Shown here: one piece after another, positions 45,072 to 54,736 of the stretch
Position numbering within the stretch: the first letter of the stretch is position 1
Layout of the letters: every line of letters begins with the position of its first letter
NCBI GenBank assembly: GCA_963801815.1
Contig: CAWDGJ010000003.1
Span: 288,001 to 352,000, forward strand
Direction: 5' to 3'
DNA from: an uncultured Verrucomicrobiae bacterium
GTDB lineage: Bacteria > Verrucomicrobiota > Verrucomicrobiia > Chthoniobacterales > UBA10450
DNA: 64,000 nucleotides
Notes under the pieces: generated by a model
What the model was told of the DNA's origin: nothing
The model's database searches: none
Seen by the model: the letters and a program-made list of their open reading frames with translations, nothing else
Translations under genes and position numbers: made by a program

Positions 45072-45950
45072 ATGTTTCGCGGCACTTTCACTGCGCTGGT
45101 CACGCCGTTTCGCAACGGCGATATCGATTTCGCTGCGTTCGATAAATTGATCGAACTGCAAATAGCAGCTGGAATCACCGGTCTGGTCGCCGTTGGCACG
45201 ACTGGCGAATCGCCAACGTTGACGCACGACGAAAAAGAAAAACTGATTCAGCGGACGGTGAAGGTCGCGAACGGACGTTGCAAAGTCATTGCGGGAACGG
45301 GAACAAACTCTACTCGCGACGCGATCGCTGCGACCCAGTTCGCCGAGAAAGCTGGCGTCGACGCCGCGTTATTGGTTGCCCCTTATTACAACAAACCAAG
45401 CCAGGAGGGCTTGTTTCGCCACTTCAAAGCAATCGCCGGTGCCACCAAGCTGCCAATTATGCTCTACAACATTCCTGGCCGCTGCGGGGTTGATATCGGA
45501 CCGGACACGGTTGTTCGACTCGCGGAAGATTCTTCCAACATCGTTTCGATCAAAGAGGCGAGCGGGAGCGTCGAACGAGTGGCTGAGCTACGCCGCCGGT
45601 TGCCGAAGGAATTTACTATCTTGAGTGGGGACGACGGATTGACAGTGCCTTTCATGTCGGTCGGCGCGGTGGGAGTGGTGAGCGTCGCTTCGAATTTATT
45701 TCCAACGGAGCTCTGCTCTCTCGTGCGCGCGTGCGAATCTGGCGATTTTAAATCAGCGGAGGATTTGCACCGGAAAATGGGACCAATCTTCAAAGACTTG
45801 TTCATTGAACCGAATCCGGTCCCGGCAAAAACCGCGCTCGCCTGGCGCGGAACAATCTCTTTCGAAGTCCGTCTGCCGCTCTGTGAGATGACGGAGCCGA
45901 ATCAAGCGCGCTTGCGCAAGACGCTCGAAGCGTTCGAAAAATCGAAATGA
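45072..45950 (+). CDS. dapA: 4-hydroxy-tetrahydrodipicolinate synthase
   Basis: TALVTPF, GTTGES, PYYNKP, LYNIPGR, IKEASG, SGDD, EPNPVPAK. Confidence 0.97.
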   Translation: MFRGTFTALVTPFRNGDIDFAAFDKLIELQIAAGITGLVAVGTTGESPTLTHDEKEKLIQRTVKVANGRCKVIAGTGTNSTRDAIAATQFAEKAGVDAALLVAPYYNKPSQEGLFRHFKAIAGATKLPIMLYNIPGRCGVDIGPDTVVRLAEDSSNIVSIKEASGSVERVAELRRRLPKEFTILSGDDGLTVPFMSVGAVGVVSVASNLFPTELCSLVRACESGDFKSAEDLHRKMGPIFKDLFIEPNPVPAKTALAWRGTISFEVRLPLCEMTEPNQARLRKTLEAFEKSK

Positions 45951-46627
45951 AATCACACGTAGGCGTCGCGCTGATTGGTGCGCGTGGTCGAATGGGTCAG
46001 GCGATTATCGAATTGGCAAAAAACGATCCGGAAATCGTCATCGTCGCGCAGTGCGATCTCGGCGATCCAATCGAGATTGCGTTGAAGGACTGTGATGTGG
46101 CGATCGATTTCAGTAACGCGAGCGCGATCAACGAGGTTTGCTCCGCTGCGACCAGACAGCGCAAGGCGCTGGTCGTCGGCACGACGGGTCATTCACCGGA
46201 ACAACGACAATTGGTCGAAAAAACGGCGAAATCGTTGCCAATCGTGTTCGCTTCGAACTTCAGCGTGGGAGTCAACGTTTTGTTCGCGCTGACACGCCGA
46301 GCTGCTCAGATTCTTCCATCGGAATTCAAGCCAGAGATCGTCGAAACGCATCATGCGAAGAAGAAAGATGCACCGAGTGGGACGGCGAAAACTCTCGGTG
46401 AACTTTTAAAATCAGAATTGCACGTCGAAATTCCAATTGAATCGATTCGGGAAGGCGACGTTGTCGGCGAGCACACGGTGAGTTTCGTAGGACCGAGCGA
46501 ACGACTCGAGCTGACGCATCGCGCCGGCAGTCGGGAGATTTTTGCCCGGGGCGCGTTACGTGCGGCGGAGTGGGTTGCCGGCAGGCCGGCAGGGCTTTAT
46601 TCGATGCAAGATGTCTTGGGACTTTGA
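45947..46627 (+). CDS. dapB: 4-hydroxy-tetrahydrodipicolinate reductase
   Basis: GARGRMG, IDFS, GTTG, NFSVGVN, ETHHAKKKDAPSGTA, GEHTV, FARGA. Confidence 0.97.
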   Translation: MKSHVGVALIGARGRMGQAIIELAKNDPEIVIVAQCDLGDPIEIALKDCDVAIDFSNASAINEVCSAATRQRKALVVGTTGHSPEQRQLVEKTAKSLPIVFASNFSVGVNVLFALTRRAAQILPSEFKPEIVETHHAKKKDAPSGTAKTLGELLKSELHVEIPIESIREGDVVGEHTVSFVGPSERLELTHRAGSREIFARGALRAAEWVAGRPAGLYSMQDVLGL

Positions 46628-46630
46628 AGC

Positions 46631-46680
46631 TGTAGCGGCGCTCTGCGAGCGCCGACCGGCGGTCATAGACCGCCGCTACA
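46631..46680. repeat. GTAG-type REP doublet (REPIN-like), intergenic
   Basis: TGTAG CGGCGCTC TGC GAGCGCCG AC CGGCGGTC ATA GACCGCCG CTACA. Confidence 0.88.
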
Positions 46681-46684
46681 AAAA

Positions 46685-47182
46685 ATGAGAGTTGGCGTCG
46701 CGCTTGGTTCGAATCTGGGCGATCGAATGGCGAATCTGCGCGCCGCGCGACAGGCGATTGAAAATCTTCTTGGCGATAAGCCGCTGTTGTCCTCACCCGT
46801 CTATGAAACAGAACCGGTCGGTTGTGAGCCCGGTGCAGGAAAATTTCTCAATGCCGTGTTGGAAGTCGAGTACGACGGCGATCCGACTCGGTTGCTCGAA
46901 CATATGGTTCGCATTGAAGAATCGCTCGGCCGAACGCGCGGACAGGCTCCCACTGTCTCGCGCAAGATCGACATTGATCTGCTTTATGCTGGTGAGTTGG
47001 ACGTGAGCAATGAACGGTTGCAGTTGCCGCATCCGCGAATGCATTTGCGGAAGTTCGTTCTCCAGCCATTGGCAGATATCCGTCCCGAACTGATTTTGCC
47101 GAACCACACCGTGACCGTCCGGGAGCTACTCGCGGAACTACAGGATTCGGCTACAGTGACTCGCTTCGCGGAAAACTGGTAA
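46685..47182 (+). CDS. folK: 2-amino-4-hydroxy-6-hydroxymethyldihydropteridine diphosphokinase
   Basis: VALGSNLGDR, YETEP, FLNAV, RKIDIDLL, LPHPRMHLRKFVLQPL. Confidence 0.96.
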   Translation: MRVGVALGSNLGDRMANLRAARQAIENLLGDKPLLSSPVYETEPVGCEPGAGKFLNAVLEVEYDGDPTRLLEHMVRIEESLGRTRGQAPTVSRKIDIDLLYAGELDVSNERLQLPHPRMHLRKFVLQPLADIRPELILPNHTVTVRELLAELQDSATVTRFAENW

Positions 47183-47958
47183 TGAGGAACCTGGTTGAAA
47201 AGTATCGGGAGTTAAAAAAGCGCGGCGAGAAAATCACAGCGCTAACGGCTTACGATTATCCAACTGCGCGGCTGCTCGACGAGAGCGGAATCGACATCAT
47301 TCTCGTCGGCGACTCGGTGGGCATGGTCGTTCTTGGTTACGAAGATACGACCGAAGTTACGCTTGAGGAGATGCTGCATCACACGCAAGCGGCTGCTCGC
47401 GGGGTGAAGAACGCGTTACTGGTCGGCGACATGCCAATTCATACATTCGACACGCCCGACAAAGCTGTCGCAACGGCAAGGAAATTTGTCGACGCGGGCG
47501 CGCAAGCGGTGAAGCTGGAAGGGGGCGTCAGTCACGTCGCGCACATCGAAGCGATCACTCGCGCCGGGATTCCATTTATGGCGCACATCGGAATGTTGCC
47601 GCAGCAGGTACGCGAACAGGGTGGTTACAAGGTGAAAGGCAAAACGCAATCGGAAGCGGAGGCGTTGATCGCGGACGCGCGCGCGGTTGAAAAAGCAGGG
47701 GCGTTCTCAGTCGTTCTCGAAATTGTAGTGCCCGAAATCGCGAAGCAGATTACGAACGCGATCGGAATTCCAACGATTGGCATTGGTTCGGGCGAGAATT
47801 GTGACGGGCAAATCCTGGTCACGCATGATTTGATTGGATTGTTTCCGTGGTTCACGCCGAAGTTTGTTTCTCCGGAAGCACGGGTGGCGGATGAAATCCG
47901 AAAGGCCGCCCGGGCTTTCATTGAACGAACGCGCGCCGGCCGGTTGTCCAACGCCTGA
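47182..47958 (+). CDS. panB: 3-methyl-2-oxobutanoate hydroxymethyltransferase
   Basis: LTAYDY, ILVGDS, GDMP, VKLEGG, HIGMLPQ, PTIGIGSG..CDGQILV. Confidence 0.97.
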   Translation: MRNLVEKYRELKKRGEKITALTAYDYPTARLLDESGIDIILVGDSVGMVVLGYEDTTEVTLEEMLHHTQAAARGVKNALLVGDMPIHTFDTPDKAVATARKFVDAGAQAVKLEGGVSHVAHIEAITRAGIPFMAHIGMLPQQVREQGGYKVKGKTQSEAEALIADARAVEKAGAFSVVLEIVVPEIAKQITNAIGIPTIGIGSGENCDGQILVTHDLIGLFPWFTPKFVSPEARVADEIRKAARAFIERTRAGRLSNA

Positions 47959-48000
47959 CCGGTTGACAACCATCGGGCGGTAACGGTGTTTAACTAAACG

Positions 48001-49092
48001 ATGAAAGGCGCAGCGAGAGTCTCCGATTTCGACGACATCGACGATATCGAACACGAAGCGTTACTGACCGGAAGTCCCGAGCGAAGCTGGATATGGTTCG
48101 GACTGATCGTCTCGCTCTGTCTGCACATCACGCTCTGCATTTGGTTTTATCGCACGCGATTCATGTCGGTAGAAACAGTCTTTGCGGACACCCAGCAACC
48201 AATGACGTTTCGAGTGAAACCGGTCGACCTGAGCCAGATTGACAAAGCGAGTGGCGATCAAATCAATCCGGCCTCGAAGCCGAATCCTGACGATACCAAA
48301 AATCAGCAGCCGGACGAGAAGAAGTCATTCGACAAGTTGCTGGAGGAAATTCAGGCGACCACCCAAATGCCTGACGACATGAGCAATGTGCTGCCCGACA
48401 AACCAAAGGTGGAACAAGCAGATGTGACTTCGGTGATGAATGAGATCGAGCGAAGCGCCGCGCAAACGCTCTCGACGAGTCCCAACGCAACTCACGAACA
48501 GGCATCATTGAATGAGAGTTCGGTATCGGGTCGACCGCAGCCCGCGTTGAGCGGCACGGAATTGGCCACGAGCACGATCATCAAGCGTCCAAATACGTTT
48601 ACGAGTAAGCTTCCTGGCGACAGCGCGGGCCCGAATAAAAAAGGCGCGCCCGGATTCAGCGACCTCGACCAATTGCTTTCTCAAAAAGGTCCGCTCGGTT
48701 CGGGAACAAAGATTCGCATGCCGGAAGACCAACTTTTCTCATTCGATAGCGCCGAACTACAGCCGGGCGATATTTTGCAAAAACTGGTCGATCTCCTGAA
48801 ACGTAACCCGAAAGCGACGTTTACAATTGAGGGTTACACCGATTCGATCGGCACTGCCGAATACAATCTGGATCTTAGCCAACGCCGGGCTGACAACATG
48901 AAATATTATCTGGTGCAAGCGCTTGGTATCGATCAGTCACAGATCGACGCGCGCGGGCGGGGATCGACGAAGTTCGTCGTTCCACCGCACGTAGTGGCGC
49001 CGAATGCGGGTAAGGCGGAGTTCGATGCCGAGATTCAGCGCGAAAGCCCCAATCGACGCGTCGAAGTCACGATCAACACAAATCCGCTGTAG
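48001..49092 (+). CDS. Inner-membrane-anchored OmpA-C (peptidoglycan-binding) domain protein
   Basis: N-terminal TM WIWFGLIVSLCLHITLCIWF, long polar linker, LFSFDSAEL, IEGYTDSIG..YNLDLSQRRA, NRRVE. Confidence 0.88.
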   Translation: MKGAARVSDFDDIDDIEHEALLTGSPERSWIWFGLIVSLCLHITLCIWFYRTRFMSVETVFADTQQPMTFRVKPVDLSQIDKASGDQINPASKPNPDDTKNQQPDEKKSFDKLLEEIQATTQMPDDMSNVLPDKPKVEQADVTSVMNEIERSAAQTLSTSPNATHEQASLNESSVSGRPQPALSGTELATSTIIKRPNTFTSKLPGDSAGPNKKGAPGFSDLDQLLSQKGPLGSGTKIRMPEDQLFSFDSAELQPGDILQKLVDLLKRNPKATFTIEGYTDSIGTAEYNLDLSQRRADNMKYYLVQALGIDQSQIDARGRGSTKFVVPPHVVAPNAGKAEFDAEIQRESPNRRVEVTINTNPL

Positions 49093-49101
49093 ATTTTCGC
49101 G

Positions 49102-49782
49102 TCACCAGTTTCTGATCCATTGCGTTTGGTTGGGCGGACTGTTGTTGTCGATGTTTCCAGCCGTACTCCATAGATCGAACGTTGGATTGTAACCAGTCGC
49201 CGGATTCTTTTGATACGCCGTCGAGTAGCCGTAGCTATTTCCGAATGGGTCGCGAATGTATTGAACATTCTGACCCTGGTTAGCCGGACTCAGCATGTAC
49301 GGTTTGAAAACAAAATACGACTTGGCTCCGCTGACTGTCGTGCGGCTTCCACTGGCCGTGGAGCCAAAAAGCGAGTCATACAGAAAAAGGCTCGCTGTCT
49401 GATAGTTAGTCGGATTGCCCGAAGTGCGCGCGTCCAGATTGTCAGTCGTGTTTTTGACCATGTCGCGCGGATGAATTCCGTTGTCGGCTTTATAATTTTC
49501 GAGCGCCGCAGAGATAGCGGCGATTTCGGTTTCGGCGCGGGAACGGGCGCCTTTGTTCTGGACGTAACCGACCGCGCTCAAAATCAAGCCGGCCAAAAGA
49601 ACGACGACCGCCATAACCACGAGCAGCTCGATGACCGTGAACGCGGCTCCGCCACGAAGCTCGAAATTCGAAACCCGAAACTCGAAACAATTCTTAAAAT
49701 TCAAAGTTCCGAAGTCCAAAACTTCATTTCGGTGCAGGCGTTTTGGATTTGGAAAATTCGAGATTGTTTGGAGATGCGACAT
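49102..49782 (-). CDS. Type II secretion GspG-like pseudopilin / type IV pilin
   Basis: A|FTVIELLVVMAVVVLLAGLIL prepilin motif, ALENYKADNG..P, DPFGNSYGY, FDLWS. Start uncertain; all candidates lie in a repeat element. Confidence 0.88.
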   Translation of the reverse strand: MSHLQTISNFPNPKRLHRNEVLDFGTLNFKNCFEFRVSNFELRGGAAFTVIELLVVMAVVVLLAGLILSAVGYVQNKGARSRAETEIAAISAALENYKADNGIHPRDMVKNTTDNLDARTSGNPTNYQTASLFLYDSLFGSTASGSRTTVSGAKSYFVFKPYMLSPANQGQNVQYIRDPFGNSYGYSTAYQKNPATGYNPTFDLWSTAGNIDNNSPPNQTQWIRNW

Positions 49783-49796
49783 TCGAGTTTCGTTAT
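49655..49796. repeat. Long inverted heptamer-array element, CGAAATT family, overlapping the pilin leader
   Basis: CGAAGCT CGAAATT CGAAACC CGAAACT CGAAACA...CCAAAAC - spacer - GTTTTGG...ATTGTTTG GAGATGC GACATTC GAGTTTC G; followed by mini-palindrome TCCGCC-TTA-GGCGGA (49797-49811). Confidence 0.9.
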
Positions 49797-49811
49797 TCCG
49801 CCTTAGGCGGA

Positions 49812-51101
49812 TCAGGTTTGTTGTTGCAAACCCTGGATAATGCCAATCAACGGCAGAAACAACGCGACAACAATCGTGCCGACCACGAGCGCTAGAAATA
49901 GAATCATGATCGGTTCGAGTGCTGCGGTCATGGCCGCGACCGCAGTGTCTACTTCGTCGTCGTAAACGTCCGCGATTTTCAAAAGCATTTCCGGCAGCTG
50001 ACCGGTTTCTTCGCCCACATCAACCATACTTACGACCATTGGCGGAAACGCGCCGCTGGCTTCAAGCGGTTGAACGATCGGTTCGCCTTCCTTCACACTC
50101 TCGTGCACTTGTGCGATTGCGTGCGCGATCACAGTGTTGCCGGCGGTCTCGCGCGTGATAGTCAGCGCCTGCAAAATCGGCACGCCGCTGGTGACCAGCG
50201 TTCCGAGCGTGCGCGAAAATCGCGAGATCGCCGTCTTGCGAATCACGTCGCCAAGAAGCGGCAACCGCAATTTCGCGCGATCCACAGTGGATTTTCCTGG
50301 AGTGGTGCGATTGGCAAACCTGTAACCAGCGATTAGTGCTAAAATAATTGCCATGAAGAGCAGCCAGTGATCTTGGACAAATCGGCTGGCATTAATCACC
50401 AGTGTCGTGATTCCAGGTAACGGCCGGTCCCCGAGCATATCGTGAAAGATCGCTTCGAATTTTGGCACGATGAAGACCAGTAAAAATCCCATGATCGCGA
50501 TCGCCATCGTCATGACGATGATCGGATAAACCATGGCGGCGGCGACTTTGTTTTTGATTTTGGCCGCCTTTTCCTGAAACTCGGCCAACCGCGTGAGCAC
50601 GAGCTCGAGCACGCCGCCGATTTCGCCAGCCTTGATCATATTGACGTAGAGATCGTTAAAGATGGACGGAAACTGCTCGAGACTTTCGGAGAACGTGTTG
50701 CCGCCCTGGACCGAATCGCCAAGTTTCTCGATCGTGCTTTTCAAAACCTTGTCGCGTTCTTGTTTGGCGAGAACGTTGAGCCCACGCAACAATGGCAGAC
50801 CGGAATCGATCAGGGTCGCGAGTTGACGCGTGAAGATCATTAAAATCTTCGGTTTAACTCTTTTGCGCTGAAAGAGAACGATGCCTTTATCTTTTCCGCG
50901 CAATTGAGCACCGCCGGCAGGGACCGCACGCTTCGAAGCTTTCCCTTCGACGCGCCCGGCTTTGCCTTCTTCGGAAACGCTCGTTGGGAAAAATCCCGCC
51001 TGCCGCAATTGGCCTATTGCTTCGTCGGTCGAAGCGGCTTCGACCATTCCGTTGGATTCTTGTCCACGCGAATCGAGCGCTACATAGATGAACCGAGACA
51101 T
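49812..51101 (-). CDS. pilC: Type IV pilus / T2SS inner-membrane platform protein PilC/GspF
   Basis: FTRQLATLIDSGLPLLRGL, YVNMIKAGEIGG, AMVYP, RFSRTLGTLVTSGVP, VGEETG, LEP. Confidence 0.93.
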   Translation of the reverse strand: MSRFIYVALDSRGQESNGMVEAASTDEAIGQLRQAGFFPTSVSEEGKAGRVEGKASKRAVPAGGAQLRGKDKGIVLFQRKRVKPKILMIFTRQLATLIDSGLPLLRGLNVLAKQERDKVLKSTIEKLGDSVQGGNTFSESLEQFPSIFNDLYVNMIKAGEIGGVLELVLTRLAEFQEKAAKIKNKVAAAMVYPIIVMTMAIAIMGFLLVFIVPKFEAIFHDMLGDRPLPGITTLVINASRFVQDHWLLFMAIILALIAGYRFANRTTPGKSTVDRAKLRLPLLGDVIRKTAISRFSRTLGTLVTSGVPILQALTITRETAGNTVIAHAIAQVHESVKEGEPIVQPLEASGAFPPMVVSMVDVGEETGQLPEMLLKIADVYDDEVDTAVAAMTAALEPIMILFLALVVGTIVVALFLPLIGIIQGLQQQT

Positions 51102-51107
51102 GAAAGG

Positions 51108-51194
51108 AATTTAGTGATTAGACGATTTAATGATTTAGCGATTGAAGAAGATCAAGGTATGTCCGTTTTCATTCGTTAAAGATTTAAATGTTTA
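51108..51194. repeat. Inverted octamer-array element, GATTTAGY family
   Basis: AATTTAGT GATTAGAC GATTTAAT GATTTAGC GATTGAA - spacer - TTCATTCG TTAAAGAT TTAAATGT TTAA; left arm resembles 30275-30308. Confidence 0.8.
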
Positions 51195-52877
51195 AGTGTA
51201 TTTCAATACCTCCTCGATCGTGGTATCGCCTGCGAAGATGCTGCGCAATCCGTCCTGCCGCAGCGTGATCATCCCGAGTTCGATTGCTTTTTGCTTGAGA
51301 ACAACCGCCGGCGCGCGCTGATTGATTAACTCACGCAACGGATCCGTGATTTTCATCAATTCATAAATTCCTTTTCGACCTTTGTAACCGGTTTGGCTGC
51401 ACGCGTCGCAGCCCCGGCCACAGAAAAATTGTTGTTCACCGATATTCCGCTTCGAGAGCTCGAGCTGATTGAGTAACGATTCGTTAGGCTGGCATTTTAC
51501 GCGACAATTCGGACAAATGGTGCGGAGCAGGCGTTGAGCGAGCACCGCTTCGAGTGTTGCTGAAATCAAAAACGGTTCTACGCCCATGTCGATCAGGCGC
51601 GTAATTGCACCGGGTGCGTCGTTGGTGTGAAGCGTGGTGAAGACAAGGTGGCCGGTGAGCGCCGCCTGGATTGCGATTTGCGCGGTTTCGACATCCCGTG
51701 TTTCACCGATCATTATGCGATCGGGATCCTGGCGGAGAAACGCGCGCAGGACTCGAGCGAACGTGAGACCAATCGCTTCGTCCACCGGAACCTGGGTGAT
51801 TCCTTCCAAATCGTATTCAACCGGCTCTTCGGCAGTCAGTAATTTGGAATTGATCGTGTTAATCTTGTGTAGACAGGAATAAAGCGTCGTAGTTTTGCCG
51901 GAGCCGGTTGGGCCAGTGGCGATGAAAATTCCGTTCGGACGATTGATGAGCTCGATCAGACAATCGTGGACGTAATCAGGCATTCCGAGCATTTCGAGGT
52001 CGAGATTCACCGTGGAACGGTCGAGCACGCGAAGCACGACGCTTTCGCCGAACTGCGTTGGTAAAGTTGAAACGCGGAGGTCAACATGACGACCGGCGAT
52101 ATTCTTTAGAATGCGTCCGTCCTGCGGTAGACGACGCTCTGCAATATTCATGTTCGCCAGTACTTTCACGCGCGAAATCACCGGAAGTGCGAGATGCCGC
52201 GGCGGCGGCGACATTTCATAAAGAGCGCCGTCCACGCGATAACGAATTTTGAATTCGTTCTCGAACGGCTCGAAGTGGATGTCGCTGGCGCGGTCCTGGA
52301 TCGCTTGCTTTAAGATTAAGTCAACGAAGCGAATTATAGGCGCCGCGCTCGCTTCTACTTCCGCCGCCGCCGTGCCTTCGTCACCGCGGATTTGCAATAT
52401 TTCTCCACTTTCTCTGAGCTGCTTAAGTAATTCCTCCATACTCGCGGTGTCGGTTCCGTAGTATTCCTTGATCCGGTCATCAATTTGTTCGGTCGGTGCC
52501 ACGACAACGTCGATGTCTTTGCCGAGCGCGAAGCGAAGGTCCTCAGCCGTATGCGAATCGAGCGGATCGGCGATCGCAACGCGGAGCGTGTTTCCGCTGA
52601 TGCCAATTGGCAACGCGCGATGGAGCCGCGCGAGTTCGGTCGGGATTAATTTCAAGAGGGCCGGCGGAATTTCCGTACCGATAAGATCGACATATTCGAC
52701 CCCGAACGCTTCGGCGATTGTCCGATAAAAGCCGGCTTCGTCGACGAAGCCGCCGTCGACCATGGCTTGCGCGATGCTTTTTCCATTTAAATGCGTTTCG
52801 TTGAGAACGTCTTCGGCTTGCGATCGCTGGAGCACGTGCTGCTCGACAAAGAGTTCAGCGACTTGTTTATCGTTCAT
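51192..52877 (-). CDS. GspE/PilB assembly ATPase (paralog 2)
   Basis: ASDIHFEP, RRLPQDGR, GPTGSGKTTT, LRQDPD..IGETRD, TGHLVFTTLHTND, tetracysteine motif. Confidence 0.95.
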   Translation of the reverse strand: MNDKQVAELFVEQHVLQRSQAEDVLNETHLNGKSIAQAMVDGGFVDEAGFYRTIAEAFGVEYVDLIGTEIPPALLKLIPTELARLHRALPIGISGNTLRVAIADPLDSHTAEDLRFALGKDIDVVVAPTEQIDDRIKEYYGTDTASMEELLKQLRESGEILQIRGDEGTAAAEVEASAAPIIRFVDLILKQAIQDRASDIHFEPFENEFKIRYRVDGALYEMSPPPRHLALPVISRVKVLANMNIAERRLPQDGRILKNIAGRHVDLRVSTLPTQFGESVVLRVLDRSTVNLDLEMLGMPDYVHDCLIELINRPNGIFIATGPTGSGKTTTLYSCLHKINTINSKLLTAEEPVEYDLEGITQVPVDEAIGLTFARVLRAFLRQDPDRIMIGETRDVETAQIAIQAALTGHLVFTTLHTNDAPGAITRLIDMGVEPFLISATLEAVLAQRLLRTICPNCRVKCQPNESLLNQLELSKRNIGEQQFFCGRGCDACSQTGYKGRKGIYELMKITDPLRELINQRAPAVVLKQKAIELGMITLRQDGLRSIFAGDTTIEEVLKYT

Positions 52878-52878
52878 T

Positions 52879-54582
52879 TTAACTTTCGTCTCCGATGGTG
52901 ATGGCGATTACTTCTTCCGCGGTAGTCAGCCCGGCGAGCACCTTCCGGATTCCGTCTTCACGCAACGTCCGCATACCGAGCTCGCGCGCGCGTTGACGCA
53001 AATCTGAAGTCGAGCGGCGTCTGTTGATCATCTGGCGGACTTCGTCGTCCAAAACAAAAATTTCGAAGATGCCCATCCGGCCGTGGTATCCCGAGTTGCG
53101 ACACTGCTCGCAGCCTTTGCCGTGCATCACTGGTGCATTTTGTAATTGCCCTGGTTCGATCCGGAGCGCCCGCCTTTCGCTCTCGATTAATTCGGCTGGC
53201 TCTCGGCAATTTGGACAAACACGCCTTACGAGTCGTTGCGCCATGACCGCGCGCAATGATGACGCGACCAGAAACGGCTGGACACCGATGTCGATCAAGC
53301 GTGCTACGGCAGTTGGCGCGTCATTCGTGTGGAGCGTGCTGAAAACCAAATGACCGGTAAGCGACGCATTAGTGGCGATGCCAGCAGTTTCGAGATCACG
53401 AATCTCGCCGATCATGATGATGTTCGGCGCCTGACGCAAAATCGACCGCAGCGCAGCTGGAAATGTCATTCCGATTTCCGAGTTCACCGGCACCTGATTG
53501 ATCCCGGCCATCTGGTATTCAATCGGTTCCTCGACGGTGATGATCTTGCGGTCGGCCTTGTTGACGCAGTTTAAACAGGTGTAAAGCGTGCTCGTCTTTC
53601 CGGAGCCTGTCGGGCCGGTAACCAGGAGAATTCCGTCAGGAAGTTGAATGAGTCGCTCGAATCTTTCCTGGTCGTCACCGAAAAAACCGAGCTCAGGCAA
53701 TCCGAGGGTCAAACTCGATTTGTCGAGCAAACGAAGCACGACGCTCTCGCCATGATTTGTCGGAATCGTAGAGACCCGAAGGTCGATGTTTTTTTTCCTG
53801 ATTTTGACCTGAATTCGGCCGTCTTGGGGTAAACGCTTCTCAGCAATGTTCATCGAGCCGGTCATGATTTTCAGTCGGCTGACAATGGCCGACTGCAATC
53901 GTTTCGGTGGCGATTGCATTTCGTGAAGCACTCCGTCGATCCGAAATCGCACGCGGAATTTTTTGTCGAGCGGCTCGAGGTGAATATCACTTGCACCGGA
54001 ACGGTGCGCTTGGGCGATCAGCATTGATACCAGACGAATGATTGGAGCGTCAGCTTCATCAACCTCGTTGATCCCGGCGCCGTTACAGATTTCGACTCCC
54101 AGGTCGACTTCTTCACCGATTCCATCGCGGGTGATTCCGGCCGGTTCGTCCGGAGTCCCGTAATATTTAATTAGCGATTCACGAATCTTTCTGGGACTTG
54201 AGCAAACAAGCTCGAGCTCACGTTGAAGCAGAAAACTCAAACTGTCGATCGCATCGATGTCGAGCGGATCACTTACCGCGACAACGAGTCCGCTTTCGGC
54301 AAAGGCGACCGGGACCATCTTGAAGCGACGCGCATCTTCAGCGCGAATTTGGCTGATGACTTCCGGCGGAATGGACATAACCGATAAATCGATCCAATCC
54401 ATGTGCGCCTGAGCAGCCAGCGAGCGTGAAGCATCGGATTCGTTGATGATTCCGTCCTTGATTAAGACATCAAGGACCCGATCCTGGCCGTTCAAACCTT
54501 TGCGCGCAGCGTCGACTTGCTTGGGCGAAACAAGTCCGACGTCTTGGAGGATCTTGAGGGCGTAGTCTTCGTTCTGGCGCAT
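52879..54582 (-). CDS. GspE/PilB assembly ATPase (paralog 1)
   Basis: ASDIHLEP, KRLPQDGR, GPTGSGKTST, LRQAPN..IGEIRD, TGHLVFSTLHTND, CPNC/CEQC. Confidence 0.95.
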   Translation of the reverse strand: MRQNEDYALKILQDVGLVSPKQVDAARKGLNGQDRVLDVLIKDGIINESDASRSLAAQAHMDWIDLSVMSIPPEVISQIRAEDARRFKMVPVAFAESGLVVAVSDPLDIDAIDSLSFLLQRELELVCSSPRKIRESLIKYYGTPDEPAGITRDGIGEEVDLGVEICNGAGINEVDEADAPIIRLVSMLIAQAHRSGASDIHLEPLDKKFRVRFRIDGVLHEMQSPPKRLQSAIVSRLKIMTGSMNIAEKRLPQDGRIQVKIRKKNIDLRVSTIPTNHGESVVLRLLDKSSLTLGLPELGFFGDDQERFERLIQLPDGILLVTGPTGSGKTSTLYTCLNCVNKADRKIITVEEPIEYQMAGINQVPVNSEIGMTFPAALRSILRQAPNIIMIGEIRDLETAGIATNASLTGHLVFSTLHTNDAPTAVARLIDIGVQPFLVASSLRAVMAQRLVRRVCPNCREPAELIESERRALRIEPGQLQNAPVMHGKGCEQCRNSGYHGRMGIFEIFVLDDEVRQMINRRRSTSDLRQRARELGMRTLREDGIRKVLAGLTTAEEVIAITIGDES

Positions 54583-54619
54583 GGGGGAACAGCGCAAACA
54601 GAATCAGCTGTTAGTCCGG

Positions 54620-54648
54620 ATCGTAAGAATTTGCCGCCTTTGTGTCAA
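54620..54648 (-). promoter_or_regulatory. Sigma70-type promoter of the pilB-pilB-pilC-pilin operon
   Basis: On the minus strand: TTGACA-17 nt-TACGAT, about 38 nt upstream of ATG 54582. Confidence 0.7.
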
Positions 54649-54736
54649 CGTCGGCGTTTACTGCAAATCGGGTGCAACTGATCCGATATCGCGATGACTC
54701 AATCGAAATCAGGGACAGGTTGTCCTGAAGTGTTAA

